Shown here piece after piece: positions 40,251-52,425 of a stretch of DNA of 64,000 nt. The notes under the pieces are model-generated. The model ran no database searches and was not told the origin of the DNA. It worked only from the letters and a program-made list of their open reading frames with translations. How positions within the stretch are numbered: position 1 is the first letter of the stretch; the number at the start of each line of letters is the position of its first letter. The position numbers were made by a program, and so were the translations under genes. The DNA comes from Octopus sinensis (lineage: Eukaryota): the NCBI RefSeq assembly GCF_006345805.1, contig NC_042997.1:21886001-21950000 (forward strand). The letters are read 5' to 3'.

Positions 40251-40288
40251 CCTTTCTGTTGAAGAGCGCAAGCTCGAAACGTAAAAGA
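40251..40288 (+). ncRNA. Minimal hammerhead-like fold (variant core), right arm of inverted pLTR pair
   Basis: CCUUU-CUGUUGA-A-GAGC(GCAA)GCUC-GAAAC-GUA-AAAGA. Confidence 0.6.
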
Positions 40289-40396
40289 CTTTCTCACCTT
40301 CAGGTGCGTCAAACTAACACACGTGCTTGCTGTTTATACACCTGTCTTCGTCTTTCATTTTACTGTAAATTTCAACTATATATATATATATATATA

Positions 40397-43300
40397 TTAT
40401 ATAAAAGGGCTTAGTAAAATAAATTACTTTGCCGCATACTGAACTCATTAGAAATAGCAGCTAAAAAACTTTTTTAAGGCTATTTCTAATACTTAAAGAA
40501 AATCTCTCTCATATATAGTGTTTGCATAATTTAACTCACAAAAGTTTGGGGGTAATGACATCGAAAAATCAAATGCTAAGGTTATTCGAGAAAGTACGTT
40601 TCAAGATTAGTCAAAACAACATTTCTATCATCGGCTCGGAAATTCCTTGGTTTGGATTTGGAAACACTGAAAATAAGAACATACCCTCTCGAAGATCTGC
40701 TCCCAACTAACAGTGTCAACAATTCAAAATAAGCAAGCGAAGAATCTCTGTTCTCCCCTTTCCACCAGCGTGGGTTAAAATCATCAAACTCTATGCTTAT
40801 TTCGTAAAGTCCGAAGCATTAATCAGAGGGAGATTAATTATAATTTCAACAATTGAGGGCAAAATTATTAATTATTAATCAATTTCACCAAGTCAAGTGT
40901 TCATGCAAAGGGACCATTCAAGGCGAATTCAAATTATTACATTAATAAAAAGGGCTTAGTAAAATAAATTACTTTGGCCGCATACTGAACTCATTAGAAA
41001 TAGCAGCTAAAAAACTTTTTTAAGGCTATTTCTAATACTTAAGAAAATCTCTCTCATATATAGTGTTTGCATAATTTAACTCACAAAAGTTTGGGGGTAA
41101 TGACATCGAAAAATCAAATGCTAAGGTTATTCGAGAACGTACGTTTCAAGATTAGTCAAAACAACATTTCTATCATCGGCTCGGAAATTCCTTGGTTTGG
41201 ATTTGGAAACACTGAAAATAAGAACATCCCTCTCGAAGATCTGCTCCCAACTAACAGTGTCAACAAATTCAAAATAAGCAAGCGAAGAATCTCTGTTCTC
41301 CCCTTTCCACCAGCGTGGGTAAAATCATCAAACTCTATGCTTATTTCGGTAAAGTCCGAAGCATTAATCAGAGGGAGATTAATTATAATTTCAACAATTG
41401 AGGGCAAAATTAATTAATTATTAATCAATTTCACCAAGTGTTCAGTATGCAAAGGGACCATTCAAGCGAATTCAAATTATTACATTATATAAAAGGGCTT
41501 AGTAAAATAAATTACTTTGCCGCATACTGAACTCATTAGAAATAGCAGCTAAAAAACTTTTTTAGGCTATTTCTAATACTTAAAGAAAATCTCTCTCATA
41601 TATAGTGTTTGCATAATTAACTCACAAAAGTTTGGGGGTAATGACATCGAAAAATCAAATGCTAAGTTTATTCGAGAACGTACTTTTCAAGATTAGTCAA
41701 AACAACATTTCTATCATCGGCTCGGAAATTCCTTGGTTTGGATTTGGAAACACTGAAAATAAGAACATACCCTCTCGAAGATCTGCTCCCAACTAACAGT
41801 GTCAACAAATTCAAAATAAGCAAGCGAAGAATCTCTGTTCTCCCCTTTCCACCAGCGTGGGTTAAAATCATCAAACTCTATGCTTATTTCGGTAAAGTCC
41901 GAAGCATTAATCAGAGGGAGATTAATTATAATTTCAACAATTGAGGGCAAAATTAATTAATTATTAATCAATTTCACCAAGTGTTCAGTATGCAAGGGAC
42001 CATTCAAGGCGAATTCAAATTATTACATTATATAAAAGGGCTTAGTAAAATAAATTACTTTGCCGCATACTGAACTCATTAGAATAGCAGCTAAAAAACT
42101 TTTTTAAGGCTATTTCTAATACTTAAAGAAAATCTCTCTCATATAAGGGTGTTGCATAATTTAACTCACAAAAGTTTGGGGGTAATGACATCGAAAAATC
42201 AAATGCTAAGGTTATTCGAGAACGTACGTTTCAAGATTAGTCAAAACAACATTTCTATCATCGGCTCGGAAATTCCTGGTTTGGATTTGGAAACACTGAA
42301 AATAAGAACATACCCTCTCGAAGATCTGCTCCCAACTAACAGTGTCAACAAATTCAAATGCAGCGCGAGAATCTCTGTTCTCCCCTTTCCACCAGCGTGG
42401 GTTAAAATCATCAAACTCTATGCTTATTTCGGTAAAGTCCGAAGCATTAATCAGAGGGAGATTAATTATAATTTCAACAATTGAGGGCAAAATTAATTAA
42501 TTATTAATCAATTTCACCAAGTGTTCAGTATGCAAAGGGACCATTCAAGGCGAATTCAAATTATTACATTATATAAAAGGGCTTAGTAAAATAAATTACT
42601 TTGCCGCATACTGAACTCATTAGAAATAGCAGCTAAAAAACTTTTTTAAGGCTATTTCTAATACTTAAAGAAAATCTCTCTCATATATAGTGTTTGCATA
42701 ATTTAACTCACAAAAGTTTGGGGGTAATGACATCGAAAAATCAAATGCTAAGGTTATTCGAGAACGTACGTTTCAAGATTAGTCAAACAAACATTTCTAT
42801 CATCGGCTCGGAAATTCCTTGGTTTGGATTTGGAAACACTGAAAATAAGAACATACCCTCTCGAAGATCTGCTCCCAACTAACAGTGTCAACAAATTCAA
42901 AATAAGCAAGCGAAGAATCTCTGTTCTCCCCTTTCCACCAGCGTGGGTTAAAATCATCAAACTCTATGCTTATTTCGGTAAAGTCCGAAGCATTAATCAG
43001 CAAAGTAATTTATTTTACTAAGCCCTTTTATATAATGTAATAATTTGAATTCGCCTTGAATGGTCCCTTTGCATACTGAACACTTGGTGAAATTGATTAA
43101 TAATTAATTAATTTTGCCCTCAATTGTTGAAATTATAATTAATCTCCCTCTGATTAATGCTTCGGACTTTACCGAAATATAGAGTTTTGATGATTTTAAC
43201 CCACGCTGGTGGAAAGGGGAGAACAGAGATTCTTCGCTTGCTTATTTTGAATTTGTTGACACTGTTAGTTGGGAGCAGATCTTCGAGAGGGTATGTTCTT

Positions 43301-43678
43301 ATTTTCAGTGTTTCCAAATCCAACCAAGGAATTTCCGAGCCGATGATAGAAATGTTGTTTTGACTAATCTTGAAACGTACGTTCTCGAATAACCTTAGCA
43401 TTTGATTTTTCGATGTCATTACCCCAAACTTTTGTGAGTTAAATTATGCAAACACTATATATGAGAGAGATTTTCTTTAAGTATTAGAAATAGCCTTAAA
43501 AAAGTTTTTTAGCTGCTATTTCTAATGAGTTCAGTATGCGGCAAAGTAATTTATTTTACTAAGCCCTTTTATATAATGTAATAATTTGAATTCGCCTTGA
43601 ATGGTCCCTTTGCATACTGAACACTTGGTGAAATTGATTAATAATTAATTAATTTTGCCCTCAATTGTTGAAATTATA
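40397..43678. repeat. Tandem array of a ~543-bp unit (4 full + 1 partial) followed by ~1.2 inverted units
   Basis: Unit starts at ~40397, 40942, 41485, 42028 and 42569. Orientation switches at 43000/43001 and the inverted part runs to ~43678. (TA)n on both sides. Confidence 0.95.
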
Positions 43679-43925
43679 TATATATATATATATATACACG
43701 AACATTCTAACAACCATATATAGCAGAAATAACAAAAATTGTTGAACTGTCAGCATTACTCAAACTGCTGTTAAATAATTGCGAATAATATTAGCATGAA
43801 CCTATTGATACCGGACTAAGGATATTTTACTATTAAAGAAATTATTCATTCACCAAAGAAGTCTTGATTATTTACTATTTCTTACTTTACTCTTCGTTAT
43901 TTACGGAGAGATATGCATGTACACT

Positions 43926-43964
<39 letters not shown>

Positions 43965-44125
43965 TTAGAAATGTATAGGTATATATGTGTGTGTGTTTGC
44001 CTATGTATTATATGTGTGTGTGTGTGTGTGCATCTCAATAAACCACTATTGTCACTGAAAGTTGTTTTTTTTAATATTTACTACGGATTGCTTGAATCTA
44101 ACTTTTTTCCCACTCCACGATCCAT

Positions 44126-44161
<36 letters not shown>

Positions 44162-44589
44162 AAGAAGAAGGGGTGGTATTTCCACAGGAAAAATATAGGA
44201 AAATGTGTTTTTAAAAATTCAGCTAAATTTTAAAAACTCGTAAATGTTTAAAATACATTTATTTACATATATGCCAAACTAGTTCCAGCAATATTTCTTG
44301 TTTATCAATGGTAAAAGTTTAAAATTAGTAAAACATCTTTAAAAGTTTCAATGTTGACAAATTAAAATGTTTCAATATTGATAAATTAACGAAACAGAAG
44401 GTGTACGTTTGAATGTTCATAGCAGTCAATAAAATTAAAACTATGTCAATTTGTTTCAAAGTACAAAGTTCATTAATTTTAGTGGTGGTCCACAAGTCAT
44501 ACTGAAAAAAAATTGTGTAATGAAAATAGTAAAAAATAGGGAATATAATTTTTTTCCGCGAGCGGATCTGATTTTTGATTTGTTAAAAT

Positions 44590-45445
44590 ATTGGTGGCGT
44601 TTTTTTTTCTGTGGTCAAGCTTGTCCTTCTGCTTGGTTGGTTGCCTTGTGGATACGGTCATAAGTCGTTCTGGTTGATTGGTTCTCTTAAAGGGTCATTT
44701 CGTTGTATTCGCTGAAGTTCGTTTTTAATTGGTCTCGAGTTAGGTGACGTCAGCAACTGCTGTTTGTAAAATTTCATTGGACTGGAGGTGGGTGACGTCG
44801 GCAACTAGTGTTTGTATGGTGATTTGGAGTTGCGGTTTCGGAACCCGGGTGGAAGATTGTTACTAAAGTTTGTTTATTTTTTTGTTGTTGTTCTTGGTTG
44901 TTGTTTTGTGTTGAAATTGAGTCTCTTTTCTTTTCACTGGTTTTTCTTCTTTCTAAAGGATATTCAGCTGTAGTTTATATTTTTTAATCAGTATGTTTTC
45001 CTTATTTAAGCGGAATTGAGTTGAAGTGTTTTCAGTGCATTGATAGAGAGGTTGTGGTGGTGACTATATTGGTCAAACTAGCTTAACTTTGAGGGGCAGA
45101 CTTACGGTACACAGGCAACAAATCCGGGACCCCACCACTAAGGAAACTCCCGTAAACAAGCACCTAGATTAATGACCTGTAGACATAAATCCTGAATAGC
45201 AAATATTCCCTCTCTATCAATGCACTGGAAACACTTCAACCCAATTCCGTTTAAATAAGGAAAACATACTGATTTAAAAAATATAAACTACAGCTGAATA
45301 TCCATTAGAAAAAAGAAAAAGAAGTAAAAAAAAAATAAAGACTCAATTTCAACACAAAAAACAAAAACTTTAGTAACCACCCGGGTTCCGAAACTCCAAA
45401 TCACCATACAAACACCGGTTGCCGACGTCACCCAACTCCAGTCTT
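44590..45445. mobile_element. Degenerate PLE 3' fragment (GIY-YIG C-terminus, plus strand) with an inverted upstream copy
   Basis: The plus strand from ~45045 translates RGCGGDYIGQTSLTLRGRLTVHRQQIRDP..TPVNKHL..QIFPLYQC..RLNKENILI. 44780-45051 is the reverse complement of 45209-45443. Confidence 0.75.
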
Positions 45446-48103
45446 ACCCTCGATCCAGTGTTGCTATTCCTCTGGTCAAATCTAATATGATATTGCCTGG
45501 TATTGATTCAAATTGCACACACCAGCAGCTTAATGAGATGTAGTCAACCCTTACCATTTTTATGTGCAATTCCAGCTTATCCATTTAACAATACTAACGA
45601 CGTTTCTTTGCTTTTAACCGGAAAAGGCATAAAATCCATTTGATCGTTTCATCCCAAGAGCTATATATATGTAAGACCAAACCATTTATTAAATGCTTCT
45701 TTCTTCATTCTGTGTAATACAGATTTCATTGGGTGGTTCAGTCCAACGTTTTAGCTGGGTGTGGCAGAGGCTGAATGGTTTACGACTATTTGCGGACTTG
45801 AATTACTTAGTTCAAATCCTTCATGTGGACGAAAGTTTGAGTCAATGAATATATTCAACAACAAAAGAGGTCAATTCGTTTCCCAATATTAAGTACGCGA
45901 ATATCATTTTTCAGAATACTTACTCTTATTGTTGAATAATTACTTATATTATTGAAACTATTCTAGCTTTGGTGACATTTATTGTTATTGCCATTTTGTG
46001 AATAATTACAAAACACCAATATCCCTTTGGGGAAAGACACTAATCAACATTGCTTAGTTTCAAGCACTTGAGAAGCTAATTCGAGTCAGTTCTGTCTATA
46101 AAATGGAAGCTAATATTTTTTGGAAACTGAGAAAGGATATTCCCGCGTCTTAAAAATGAAACCTTCATACATTTTGTCACGTTAAAGCGGTCATAAAATG
46201 TGATAATAACAGTTTGAGATGTCACTTTAATAGCGTTCAGTTTCAAAATACGGCCAAAGAAGCAAACCATTAGAGAGAAGTTTTGTGAAGAAAATAGTAA
46301 TTTTCTGTGACTTTGGGAGTTGCATATGGTCGAATCGATAAAATTCCGGGTTTGCCAGTCTAAAATAATATTCATGATAACAACGTAATGATTTCAAAGC
46401 CTATTACAGCAATGACTGCTTCTACATGTATCCACCACAATAGCTTTTGGATACGGGCAACAGAAAGCGCTTAATTCAACGCTTCATCGAGTCACAAGGT
46501 TTTCGTTCCGCTCGTGTTAAAACACTAGGTTAGAAACTGATGTCTATTTGCATCTGTGATGATGCGGTGCATCAACAACATCCACAGATACATATTCACA
46601 TGAGGCAGCATTGCTTAGTAAGATATGACTGGAATTCAAAGAGGTAGCGGCTGATCCGTCACTCTTCGAGACGGTGGCAGCAGTGGTAGTTATGGTGGCG
46701 ACGAGTGTACAGTCCCGCTATGCGACAGGATAGCATTGCATAGAAAGAAACCAAGTATTTCCAAAGACTGCAACGTGACTATAGCTAAACGACGTGAACA
46801 CTGACTGGAACGCGTTATCTTGCCAGTATTTATACTTCTAAGCATGTTCTTGCAATACATTACAGACCGAGCACAGACACTGATAAGACACACATACAGG
46901 TACAAATCTCGCTGCAGAGAAACCTTTACATTTCATAGTTCATTTTTTCTCACCAGTGCGTAGCCAAGACAGTCCTCCAATACACCAGGTCATTAATCCG
47001 TATGTAAATATGCAACATTCTATTGAATACTATTATAGGCAGCAAAATATTTTGTCTTTTGTCAGGGGGGAAGCAGTACCCATGATATGTTGCAGAGCCT
47101 CTGAGTCTTGTGGGAGAAATTAAGGAAGGTAACGTCAAACTGGAAACTTGCAGCAAATGCTTACAACAGAATGAAATGCATAAAATGCTGATGGTATTGA
47201 ACCAAGTCTTCAATACAAGTAGGCCATAACTGAACGTATACCACAAGGCGTCCGGCCCGACGTTCTTACATTCCCCCCAAGCCACCGCCTTCGATTCGTA
47301 TTTCTTTCTCTTTTTGATTGACACGAAAAGATAGAAGGAAATGTTGACTACGGAGTGATTTGAACGCAAAAATCAGAGAATCTGAACAAATTCTTTGAAG
47401 CATTCTGTCCGACACCTTAATGACTACCAAATCGTGGACTAAAGGAATCGTTTAACTGGCAAGTGTTTCTTGTTCCATATCAGGTGAAAAAGTTACAAGG
47501 TTTTACAATTCAATTTCATACCACAATATTTGCAGACATAAGATTGTATGTTATTTGTTTTATCTCAGTATTGTTTCATTCAGTTTAGGTTTATTAACAA
47601 GTTGTACTCTTTCTAGCCTTCTAGATGAAAAACATTACCCAACATTCTGAAAGATGTGCTAACACAAAAAGACTCGACTGCCACCTGATGGTATGGAAAG
47701 TAGGAGTGGCAGATATATATATTTCTTTCATATTTTTAGTGATTATGTAATCAATTATATGCTAAATATTTGGACTGAAGATGCATCAAGGCTGTTTTAT
47801 GTTTATTTGATTGTAGAAAAAAGTGGTTTTGTGACTAAAAAGATGAGTTCGTTACAAAAGAATAACAGACACCAACCGTTAGTATTCATCCTATATCGTG
47901 TGCCCCCAATTCATACCAGACTCAAGAACTATAATCACCAAGTAGCAAGACATTATCAAAACATGTGGTAGAACGTAAGCTAATATTTTTTTTAAATGTT
48001 CTTTTCTTATTCGATCCATGTCGCAACCGAAGCATAACAACGTTTTAAATCAATTGAATTCCACTTCCTCAGATCTAGCTTTAATGGGGTAATGTAGCCT
48101 ATT

Positions 48104-48547
48104 GGCGAGCTGGCAGAAACGTTAGTACGTAAGGCGGCGAGCTGGCAGAAACGTTAGCACGCCGGCCGAAATGCTTAGAGGTATTTCGTCTGCCGCTACG
48201 TTCTGAGTTCAAATTCCGCCGAGGTCGACTTTGCCTTTCAACCTTTCGGGGTCCATTAAATAAGTACCAGTGACGCACTGGGATCAATGTGATCGACTTA
48301 ATGCGTTTGTCTGTCCTTGTTTGTTCCCCCTGTGTTCAGCCCCTTGCGGGTAGTAAAGAAATAGGTATTTCGTCTGCCGTTACGTTCTGAGTTCAAATTC
48401 CGCCGAGGTCGACTTTGCCTTTCATCCTTTCGGGGTCGATTAAATAAGTACCAGTTACGCACTGGGGTCGATATAATCGACTTAATCCGTTTGTCTGTCC
48501 TTGCCTGTCCCCTCTATGTTTAGCCCTTTGTGGGCAATAAAGAAATA
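48104..48547 (+). mobile_element. SINE family B (ggcgagctggcagaa head), partial tandem dimer with duplicated head
   Basis: Head motif at 48104 and 48136, B-box-like gagttcaaattcc, and body + tail repeated from 48364. Confidence 0.85.
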
Positions 48548-49091
48548 AAAAATGTAGCCAGTTGACTGCAGGGGAAAGGGCGGTAACTTTAGCAATGGTA
48601 GTTGTTATAGGAAACCTGTCACCAAATTTCATTTTCTTCCTTCTCTATCTAGTAAATTGTCTAAGTTTATATTTTCTAGTTGATATACCTTGAAAAACTA
48701 GTTTCACTAAGAACAGTGATAGCAATGTCATATTTCCTTACGATTTTAGATCAGATCCTTCTGAATTCGCACGTTCCAAGATACAACATTCAGCTGCTTC
48801 TTGGCAGCGTCCTTAAAAGAGATTTAAAATATTTTGACAGCTATGTGCACATGATCTTACAAGTAGGAATGGGTGTATGCATTTTAGGGCAGTTTTTACT
48901 ACCCTCTCAATCAAGAAACAACGTGCTGTATCTAAAACTACCTGATTTATCCCCAGCATAGGACACAGGTTGAATGGATGAATGGATGAATGGATGAATG
49001 GATGGATGGATGGATGGATGGATGAACATAAAGGCAGGCAGACAGAGAGACGGTTGAACGGATGGATGCATGGACAGTCAGACAGACACAC

Positions 49092-49168
<77 letters not shown>

Positions 49169-51391
49169 CTCATGAGTTTCTCATACAGAAAGTGCCACCA
49201 CCGGAAGGTCGTCATTATACAGATTTCCAGCACGGAACTTCAGTAATATCCTCTCCTGTTCCCAGATGCAGTTTCCTCACGGTCACTGGTCTTGCTTTCA
49301 AAACAAGTTCTATCTATAAGTATTAATTGATCTAATAAATACCACACACAATGATTTGATTATAGAAATGAAGGCATCCATATTTTGGTGGGGCTTCCTA
49401 ATTAGACCAAGTTGGTGCAGAGTGTCACAAACTCGAACGATAACAAACACTAGAAATGGTATTAAAGCACATTTGTTTGTAACCTCGAGTGGTTTGTGTC
49501 CTCGCTCACTGTTAGTAGTTACCAGATTATAAAATGTGAGATTTATCCATCCTGTTGACAAGTGTTGTTTTATGTCTTGCTGGGTTTCTAACAATCTCTA
49601 TACCAAACTATAGGTACCGGTTTAGAGGCCAAGGTCTAAATCATGTGACATCGCACGATACCAGTAGCAGTGGATTGCAGGATACCAGTACCACTAACGT
49701 GTCGTAATAAATAACAGGTCAATTACAAACACACACACACACACACACTCACATAAATATATATGACTGGCTTTTCTATGATGTAATTGAAATATTATTA
49801 TTGACAAATATATGAGTGTTTTCATTCTTGTTCTGAATCTTATTCTACATATAATTCAATTATTAATTATGTCAGTTTTATCTTATGCTATCTACAGTTA
49901 GTATGTCCGCGATAATAAATAAATAAATAAATATATAAATAAATAAATAAAACAGGACAAATCTCTTTCCGAGTCATATAGACTCAGAGTGATGGTTTTC
50001 CTGTTTCTGTGGCGTATATATACCCTGCTCCCTGGGTGGGAAGCTAGTCCGTCGTAGGAATAGTCATTTTTGGCAGCTGAGTGGGCTGGGTCAACGTTAA
50101 ATGAAATGTTTTGCTTAAGAACACAATGTATCGCCCGATCCAGAAATCGAAACCACAATCTTACGATCATAATCCAATATTCCTAACCACTAAGCCACGC
50201 GCCTCAACGTAGTCCATCATGCCAATCTTAAACTGAATCTCTTACATTTTATTCCTCTTATTCTGAAAGATAGGGACTTTGTACGAGAACAAAGAAACCT
50301 ATATTGTAATACTCATGTTGGTAAACGTATCAGAAACGGTAGCGTGCCAGATTTATCAATATTTGATTTTTTACTATCAAATTCAAAACTCGTTAGTGTC
50401 CACTTGAGTTTCTTCCCTGCAGGTTCAATAAATTTAGTATCAATAACATCGTTCAATCGACTAAATACTTCCTCTACAAAGTTTAGTCTGTGTCTAGACA
50501 AAAGAAATCGATATTATGATGCACAATATAGTAAAACTCAGAGATGTATGTAAGTCAATTAACTATTACAAAAGCAAATAAGTTTGTAAATATAAACAAT
50601 ATTCTTCATGAGATAAACAATATGTAGAAATTATTCATATTGAATTAATGACCAATAGATTATTAACAGACTCATCGCGTGTGTTGTACTTCAAACATAC
50701 CAGAACGCTTTTATTGTTTGAATAGACAGAAACAATTCCTCGCGTTTCTAAATAGTTTATGATTTATTAATATCATCAAGTCTTCAGATAAACATTTCAC
50801 TCTGTGAACTAAGTTATATATTCAGTCCATTACATGTTAAGATAGCCGATCGTTTATAAATAGAATTTATTGTAACTGCACCTGTTCTGTTTTCCCCGCA
50901 TTGCCATGTGATTACAAAGCCATTATGGGTATAGAAAGTATGGAACGTATTTGAGAATTGTTCGCTCTTACATTAAAAACATTTTGAAATATTCGTTCAG
51001 AGTAAATATCTTTAGTGCAGAGAATCTGGATTTTGCAATCTCACTGGCTTTAACTCGAAAAGTTACTCTTTTGTATATTGTTTGATGTTTTACTTCTCCA
51101 GGTGTTTAGTCATAAACTTTCTGAAAAGGGAAAAAACGGGGAAAAAAATGATAATAAATAATACTCTGGAAGACAGGGTGAAATATAAAATGATAAAGAA
51201 CAGGACAAAATGGTTTCGGTACATTTTCCTTTTTGCAATTTATTTCTGTTTAATCTAGGCCGATCTCACTTTTCATTCTTCTGAAGGAAATAAAATGTAT
51301 CAGGCTACCCAAACTATATACGAACTTGCGTCAAAGTTAATAGATAAACAACTACGTGGACTATGTTTTTAACTGATGGTAACATGCACCA

Positions 51392-51453
<62 letters not shown>

Positions 51454-51612
51454 GAGAGAGAGAGGGGGAGAGAGAGGGAGAGAGAGAGAGGGGGTGAGAT
51501 ATAAGCTAATAGTATGACTGCTTACTCATACGATTACCGAACTGGGAGTCTAACTACGGTCCTTCTGTAGCACTTACATAGCCTTACCTGCCATTTGGTA
51601 TGTATATATATA

Positions 51613-51656
<44 letters not shown>

Positions 51657-52328
51657 TATATAGTATATAAATCACAGAGTGTGTGTGTGTATAATGACTA
51701 ACGCATGCATTTCCATATTCCCAACCGATTTTCACCAACCTTCACGCACACATTACTTTATGTCCCAAGGATCGTCATGCACTATAACATTAACATTTTC
51801 CCCAGAGCTCCCGCGTAAATGGGCGCAAATCATAAAGTTGGGAGCAAGAATTTCCAGGATCTTACGATTGTACATCGCTGCATCACTGCATACCTTTCTC
51901 GCCTTCTCTCCAGGCAGTAGAGTTTCATTTTTTTAACCTCTCCCAGGAGCTCTATTAATTATATATATATATATATAAAATAAATATAAGAGAGTGGTCA
52001 CTATATTGCTCACTCTAGCACCAGTTAATCCAAAAGGTTTCAACCACGAAAATACATGTTTCCCATGAAAGCCAGTACGACTGTTAGCTAACAGTCGTAC
52101 TGGCTTTCATGGGAAACATGTATTTTCGTGGTTGAAACCTTTTGGATTAACTGGTGCTAGAGTGAGCATATAGTGACCACTCTCTTATATTTATTTTGTA
52201 AAAATATTATAATATGTTATAAAATATTATAATAATCCAGGTTTCTCGTAGCACTAGGCCACTTGGTGTTGAATAATATACTATTAAATTAGTATCTAAT
52301 TCTCTCACTCTTATTAATTATTATATAT

Positions 52329-52381
<53 letters not shown>

Positions 52382-52383
52382 GC

Positions 52384-52416
<33 letters not shown>

Positions 52417-52425
52417 ATATGCCTA

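Larger units (their letters stand above)
39888..40380. mobile_element. Head-to-head pair of solo PLE pseudo-LTRs flanked by (TA)n
   Basis: Arms ~39888-40099 and ~40169-40380 are near-identical reverse complements. They share the hammerhead-like fold and the cacctg(t/c)cttcgtcttt tail with the PLE 3' end at 54.6-54.8 kb. Confidence 0.75.

Noticed and set aside
47270-47310. IEGGGLGG as a carbonic anhydrase exon
   Set aside because: No HFHWG, GSEH or other carbonic anhydrase exon was found nearby on the same strand; the motif is too short.
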